This document shows positions 60,401 through 64,000 of a stretch of 64,000 nucleotides of DNA, piece after piece. Positions within the stretch are counted from its first letter, which is position 1. Each line of letters starts with the position of its first letter. Below the pieces are notes generated by a model, which was not told the origin of the DNA, did no database searches, and saw only the letters and a program-made list of their open reading frames with translations. The stretch comes from a virus: positions 1 to 64,000 of IMG/VR virus record IMGVR_UViG_3300023210_000017; one strand, given 5' to 3'. Both the position numbers and the translations under genes were made by a program.

Positions 60401-63205
60401 AAGAAGTTGTATGAGTTTATGTTAATATTTGATAAAGATGGTGAATTTTCAGGAAGATATGTTCAAGAACTAGGAGAAGAATATCAAAATAAACAAGATG
60501 AATTAAGAGCTCCTTTATTTGATGAACAAGGTCAACCATATCAGTTTAGAGATATTACAGATCTTGCAACAGCAAAACCTGAAGATATTGAGTACAATAA
60601 AAAACTTGCAAAAAATAAAAGATTATTTGGAAAGTTTTTTAATGCTGAAACTAAAGGTTTAAATGATCAACCTGTACCGGGAGAATATCATAGTTATACT
60701 GAAGAATTTAAAACTGCTAGAAAAATTCATGAATATTTTGTACCAGTTGGTGAAAATGGATATTGGAAAAGAAGAAAAAACATAAGTGATCAAAATTGGT
60801 CTAAATATGAATCTAAATATTATACTACAGGTGTTGACAATGAAGGCGTAACTATAGCTTTAAAAGATCAAGATGGTAATTATACAGGTGCAATTAAAAA
60901 AGATTTTCTTTTTCCAAAAGTTAAAACTGAGTATAGAATAGCTAGATTAGATTCAGGATACCCGTCTAATAAAGATATGCGTAGTGAGCAATTTAAAGCT
61001 ATACAAAATGATAAAACAGCATTAGGTTTAGCACGTAAAGAATTTTATGATTTATTTAGGTCCCAATATGAAAATGAACTTTTAACTAAATTACCAAAAG
61101 CCCAAAGAACTCAAATGTTAGGAAGAGTTCCATTAATAAGAGGGAGAGTTACTCAAGACTTAAGAGGTAAAGGTATACCGTTTGCAAAAGCATTTGCAAA
61201 AACAAGTAAAGGTGTAAAAAATCTTTTTACAACTACATCACAACAAAGAACTTTACTTACAGATGAAAAGAATAACATCATAGATACAATGCCTATATTT
61301 TATACTGGTAGACCAGCAGATGATAAACAGCTTGTTGATATAGATGAAAGAATTCAATCATTAAATCAAGAAAGAAAAGAAGGTAAAGTAAAATTTCAAG
61401 AATATAAAGATAAAATAGCTATTCTTGAAGGTGAGCGTGTAAAAATAGAAAGTAAGCCAACTAGAGGTGAGTTAAACTTAGATATGGGGAATGGCTTATT
61501 AAAGTTTGCATCAATGGCAGAACATTATGAAACCATGAGTACTGTTGAGGATACGTTCAAAGCAATGCTTGAGGTTATAAAAAGAAGAGAATATCAACCT
61601 GCTGGTGGAAAAACTAAAACTCGTGTTAAAAAAGCACTTGGATTTGAGGCAAAAGGAGCAATAAAAGGAGTTGATTCAAATGTATTAAAGCGGGCTAAAA
61701 AGTGGATGTCTATGGTCTATTATGATAATGATCAAATGACTAAAGGATTTTTTGATAAAGCGGCTGATGGATTAATTCAATTTTCATCTTTATCATATGT
61801 TGCGTTTAATCCATTTGGTAACTTTAATAATTATGTTCTTGGTAGACTCAATGATAATATAGAAGCAATAGGGGGTAGATTTTTTGGTGCTACAGCGTAT
61901 GGTAAAGCTTCTTTAGAGTGGAATAAAAGAGCTCTTCCTGATATGATTCATAGATTATCTTCAATGGCCCAAAAGCCTTTATGGAAAAATGATTATGATC
62001 CAGAAATGCCAACTAGTAAGTATGAAGCATTTGTAGATCTATATAGAATGATGGATTCTGATGTAGAAATAAGAGAATCTGGTTCTACTATAGATAGAGC
62101 TGGTAAATCTTATTTTAAAAGATTTATGGAATGGGGTTATGTAATGCAAGATGCTGCAGAGTGGAATGTTCAAAGTAAAGTTGGTATAGCAATGTTGATG
62201 GATACCTTTATTAAAAATAAAGAAACTGGAGAAATATTATCACTTTATGATGCACATGAATTTGACTCAGCAACTAAAGGTGTAAGATTAAAAGAAGGTT
62301 TTACAACAATAGTAGAAATAGATAATAAAAATTTAGATGAAAATAGTCAGCCTCAATTAATAAGAGAAGTTGAAGAATATGGAGATCAATATAGATATAA
62401 ACTTAGAAATAAAATACGTGAAGTAAACAAACAAATACACGGTAACTATTCATCTGAAGATAGAATGGTTTTACAATCTAGCACAGTTGGTAAATTAGCA
62501 GCTCAATTTCACAAATGGGTTGCACCTGCAGCAAGAGCAAGATTTCAAAGAGAATATTTTGATGAAAACTTAGGTTGGATGGAAGGTAGATATTTAGGTT
62601 GGTGGAAATTTGTAGCTTACTCTTCTAGTCAAGTTGCTAAAGGAAATTTTAAATTTAATAAATTTTCAGATGGGTTTTTAGAAGATCAAGGTTTTATAGA
62701 AGGAGGAAGTAGACAAGATAACCAAAGAGCAAAAGATAAGTTATTTGGTTTTTATAGAACTATGGGAGAAATTGGAATTATGATGATGACCATGGTAGTC
62801 AAAGAATTAATGGCTGCTAGTATGGGAGATACTGATGATGATGATGAGATTACAAGAAAGTTTAAAAATATAGCTTTATACCAGGCAGATAGAACTTTTA
62901 AAGAATTAATTTTATTTACACCTTTTGGAGGAGATCAAATTTATCAAATGGTTAAATCTCCAATTGCATCTACAAGAACTATGGGTGAATTAACTCAAGC
63001 ATTGTATTCAACTATTGAAACTCCATATCAATACTTTACTTCATCTAATAATGAATTTTGGTCAAATTCAAGTGTAGTTTATCAAAGAGGAAGCAGAGCC
63101 GGTAGCCTTAAGTTGGTTAAAGAATGGCAAGATGGTATGATTATTTTATCTACTATTAAAAAATGGGAAAATTTTAATGATAGGCATGATTTCTTTATTA
63201 AATAA
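57500..63205 (+). CDS. large cargo protein with PD-(D/E)XK nuclease-like domain
   Basis: AGSIDLL...IVDLKT (about 59084-59149) and QVNLY; degenerate zincin-like EEILHPF; follows vRNAP. Confidence 0.7.
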   Translation: MATCINKNLSEFKEVAKVMGSPILANSLIASWQIFNNNDSIPTVVEALAFHKKTKSFSTLKINEFTEALYANLVREKILTKFKGDYYIVSSQNRIFDPNIRKFNKDRLYNYLRINNINSESVVETTKGKGLSIKINKTLFSPKDIIPESRGFNTPQTKEVVRHLIRMFPKMRVKMFSVKDAKALHDALPSSQRSKVNFNEVRSFYINGMAILIEGRVTDDVAIEEILHPFIEAVSLDNTALFDGLVKEAKKSFPELWEGIKDSYNDNKEFSEKDRNLELVTQALSRHFNKENKENGTVTFRNRVKDFLDWFLNIIKDLHEYIAGKPLTVGMISPNATLTSIAKLLNTESIEFKLSTLPEKKIRYNLSPEKKQVYDYISARGNKVQQSIIETMFHAGVNSPKQVGSLAASTITDGDPILVLDEATHTYQDINDLTSKWTSATTAINGKMSDEVKAEIQLNLDLGNDFDSILDGLATDKSLEEIMPNLKVLNQEQSGKAYAALQANLALLTQDGSIAIPQVVVYDQATGMAGSIDLLLVKPNGTLKIVDLKTSRTSISEKKIGGKLKYDTISEYDTLNEDSLLAQKGLAKELSKRQKHNLQVNLYRRMLENMGYTISNEEGATSTMHIKVDVTGRGKEQKFKGGFTTEQWIEHPISQNQLYVDAIVPSNVNQSKKEKINEATSESPESIQSFNLNEEDQKPDPIDVDSSGKNSDIAYEVIGQSLMNYQLGLVKKQEVINATQGKAFLGRHQTTAQLEESVLNAISAVNIALAGSPTGRSRTYTALLRDSLKQINEFQAYVEDPANFGKPEYISYVLNFDKFLSTFEGLYAISNAKGLNSSQKTLVLQLQTKANEMVGVGGFDKYSEGVIDKAVMSYVRSTVENTSEREFTKDQLDELLQMGEEMGVVDYQTRDMATAEDTLLAVMDKIYKIKKQELLDKIQTREGGIRRAAQKLQELSGITNIESPKQLKKLYEFMLIFDKDGEFSGRYVQELGEEYQNKQDELRAPLFDEQGQPYQFRDITDLATAKPEDIEYNKKLAKNKRLFGKFFNAETKGLNDQPVPGEYHSYTEEFKTARKIHEYFVPVGENGYWKRRKNISDQNWSKYESKYYTTGVDNEGVTIALKDQDGNYTGAIKKDFLFPKVKTEYRIARLDSGYPSNKDMRSEQFKAIQNDKTALGLARKEFYDLFRSQYENELLTKLPKAQRTQMLGRVPLIRGRVTQDLRGKGIPFAKAFAKTSKGVKNLFTTTSQQRTLLTDEKNNIIDTMPIFYTGRPADDKQLVDIDERIQSLNQERKEGKVKFQEYKDKIAILEGERVKIESKPTRGELNLDMGNGLLKFASMAEHYETMSTVEDTFKAMLEVIKRREYQPAGGKTKTRVKKALGFEAKGAIKGVDSNVLKRAKKWMSMVYYDNDQMTKGFFDKAADGLIQFSSLSYVAFNPFGNFNNYVLGRLNDNIEAIGGRFFGATAYGKASLEWNKRALPDMIHRLSSMAQKPLWKNDYDPEMPTSKYEAFVDLYRMMDSDVEIRESGSTIDRAGKSYFKRFMEWGYVMQDAAEWNVQSKVGIAMLMDTFIKNKETGEILSLYDAHEFDSATKGVRLKEGFTTIVEIDNKNLDENSQPQLIREVEEYGDQYRYKLRNKIREVNKQIHGNYSSEDRMVLQSSTVGKLAAQFHKWVAPAARARFQREYFDENLGWMEGRYLGWWKFVAYSSSQVAKGNFKFNKFSDGFLEDQGFIEGGSRQDNQRAKDKLFGFYRTMGEIGIMMMTMVVKELMAASMGDTDDDDEITRKFKNIALYQADRTFKELILFTPFGGDQIYQMVKSPIASTRTMGELTQALYSTIETPYQYFTSSNNEFWSNSSVVYQRGSRAGSLKLVKEWQDGMIILSTIKKWENFNDRHDFFIK

Positions 63206-63244
63206 AAATAAAGAGGACTACCACATCCTCTTTATTTTATTTTT
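63200..63244. terminator. bidirectional rho-independent terminator between convergent genes
   Basis: AAAATAAAGAGGA-CTACCACA-TCCTCTTTATTTT with A tracts before and T tracts after. Confidence 0.85.
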
Positions 63245-63287
63245 AACATAGATATTATCTACGTTATTTATATAGCTAGCGATTAAT

Positions 63288-64000
63288 CTATTGAATTTCA
63301 CAAGCACCTCCTGCACAGGCTAGTTCACCTGTAAGGTTTGTTTCATCTTTTTCTTCTATTACTTTAGATAAGTCAATTTCTTTAAGATATTTTAACATCT
63401 CATTGTACTTCTCTTTTGTAATGTCTTGAAAAGGTGCTTGCTTATATGTACCACCGTTATGCGGTAAAACAGATAATCCATTATAAGAATCTCTATTTTC
63501 CCACATCCATTTACCAGCTAGGTCCCAATCATCTTCTTTTAAAGATATTGTGGCTGAAACATTATGGGTATTTGAACCAGTCCTATGACCAGGTTTAATC
63601 CATTCTGCTGCAACTCTCTTAACTCTTTCTAAAAGAGCAAATGGGGATTCAGTTCTCATTATTGCTCCTTCTGGAGCTTTTTGAGGAATGCTGATAACAG
63701 CAGTGGTATGAGGACTAAAAAACTCATCTTCTACCAATGCTGGGATGTTCTTAGAAAGATACTCATATATAGCTTCAGTCTTACCAACCCGTAGAGTACG
63801 AATATAATAATCATTATGCCATGCATGAATACCAGAACTTGTTCCTAAAGTTAAAGATGTAGTGCCCGCAGGTTTTACAGTTGTTGTTCTAGCAGACTTA
63901 TTGATTCCAATAAGCTTTGCTACTCTAGAGTTTTCTCTTTTTACAACATCTGCAGCTTTAGGCATATCATATGTTAAAACAGATCCAGATCCAATTCCTG
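63288..64000 (-). CDS. nrdJ: class II (adenosylcobalamin-dependent) ribonucleotide reductase, C-terminal part
   Basis: TTVKPAGT, HNVSAT, Y.QAPF and terminal ELACAGGACEI redox Cys pair; frame stays open to the window edge. Confidence 0.9.
   Translation of the reverse strand, partial: GIGSGSVLTYDMPKAADVVKRENSRVAKLIGINKSARTTTVKPAGTTSLTLGTSSGIHAWHNDYYIRTLRVGKTEAIYEYLSKNIPALVEDEFFSPHTTAVISIPQKAPEGAIMRTESPFALLERVKRVAAEWIKPGHRTGSNTHNVSATISLKEDDWDLAGKWMWENRDSYNGLSVLPHNGGTYKQAPFQDITKEKYNEMLKYLKEIDLSKVIEEKDETNLTGELACAGGACEIQ

Noticed and set aside
1-64000. Stop-codon reassignment (TAG or TGA), known in some crAss-like lineages
   Set aside because: Genes up to 15.6 kb are open under the standard code, coding density is near complete, and TAG ends several genes at sensible positions

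Overview
AT-rich, densely coding segment of a crAss-like phage (Crassvirales-type podovirus, probably environmental). A Bacteroidota/Flavobacteria-type host is inferred from A-rich, SD-less start contexts. Almost the whole window is one + strand virion module: DUF285 repeat protein (partial), scaffold-position protein, major capsid protein, conserved head/ring genes, a block of Cys-rich/collagen/FN3/DUF1566 fibre-type genes, a metallophosphoesterase, an IHF/HU-like protein, tail ring and muzzle proteins, then very large cargo (ejection) proteins including a 5201-aa virion RNA polymerase (GADFDIDK). It ends at a bidirectional terminator facing a class II ribonucleotide reductase on the - strand. 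The standard genetic code fits. Most notable: (1) three consecutive cargo-region genes are strings of unrelated modules separated by about 20 recurring x-x-GG / AQxG linkers, and one module looks like a permuted papain-fold peptidase, suggesting a processed or tagged polyprotein cargo system; (2) an orphan DGR-type variable region; (3) two multi-stem intergenic RNA candidates, one with a loop complementary to the scaffold-gene leader. All protein calls come from motif recognition and gene order, not from database searches.
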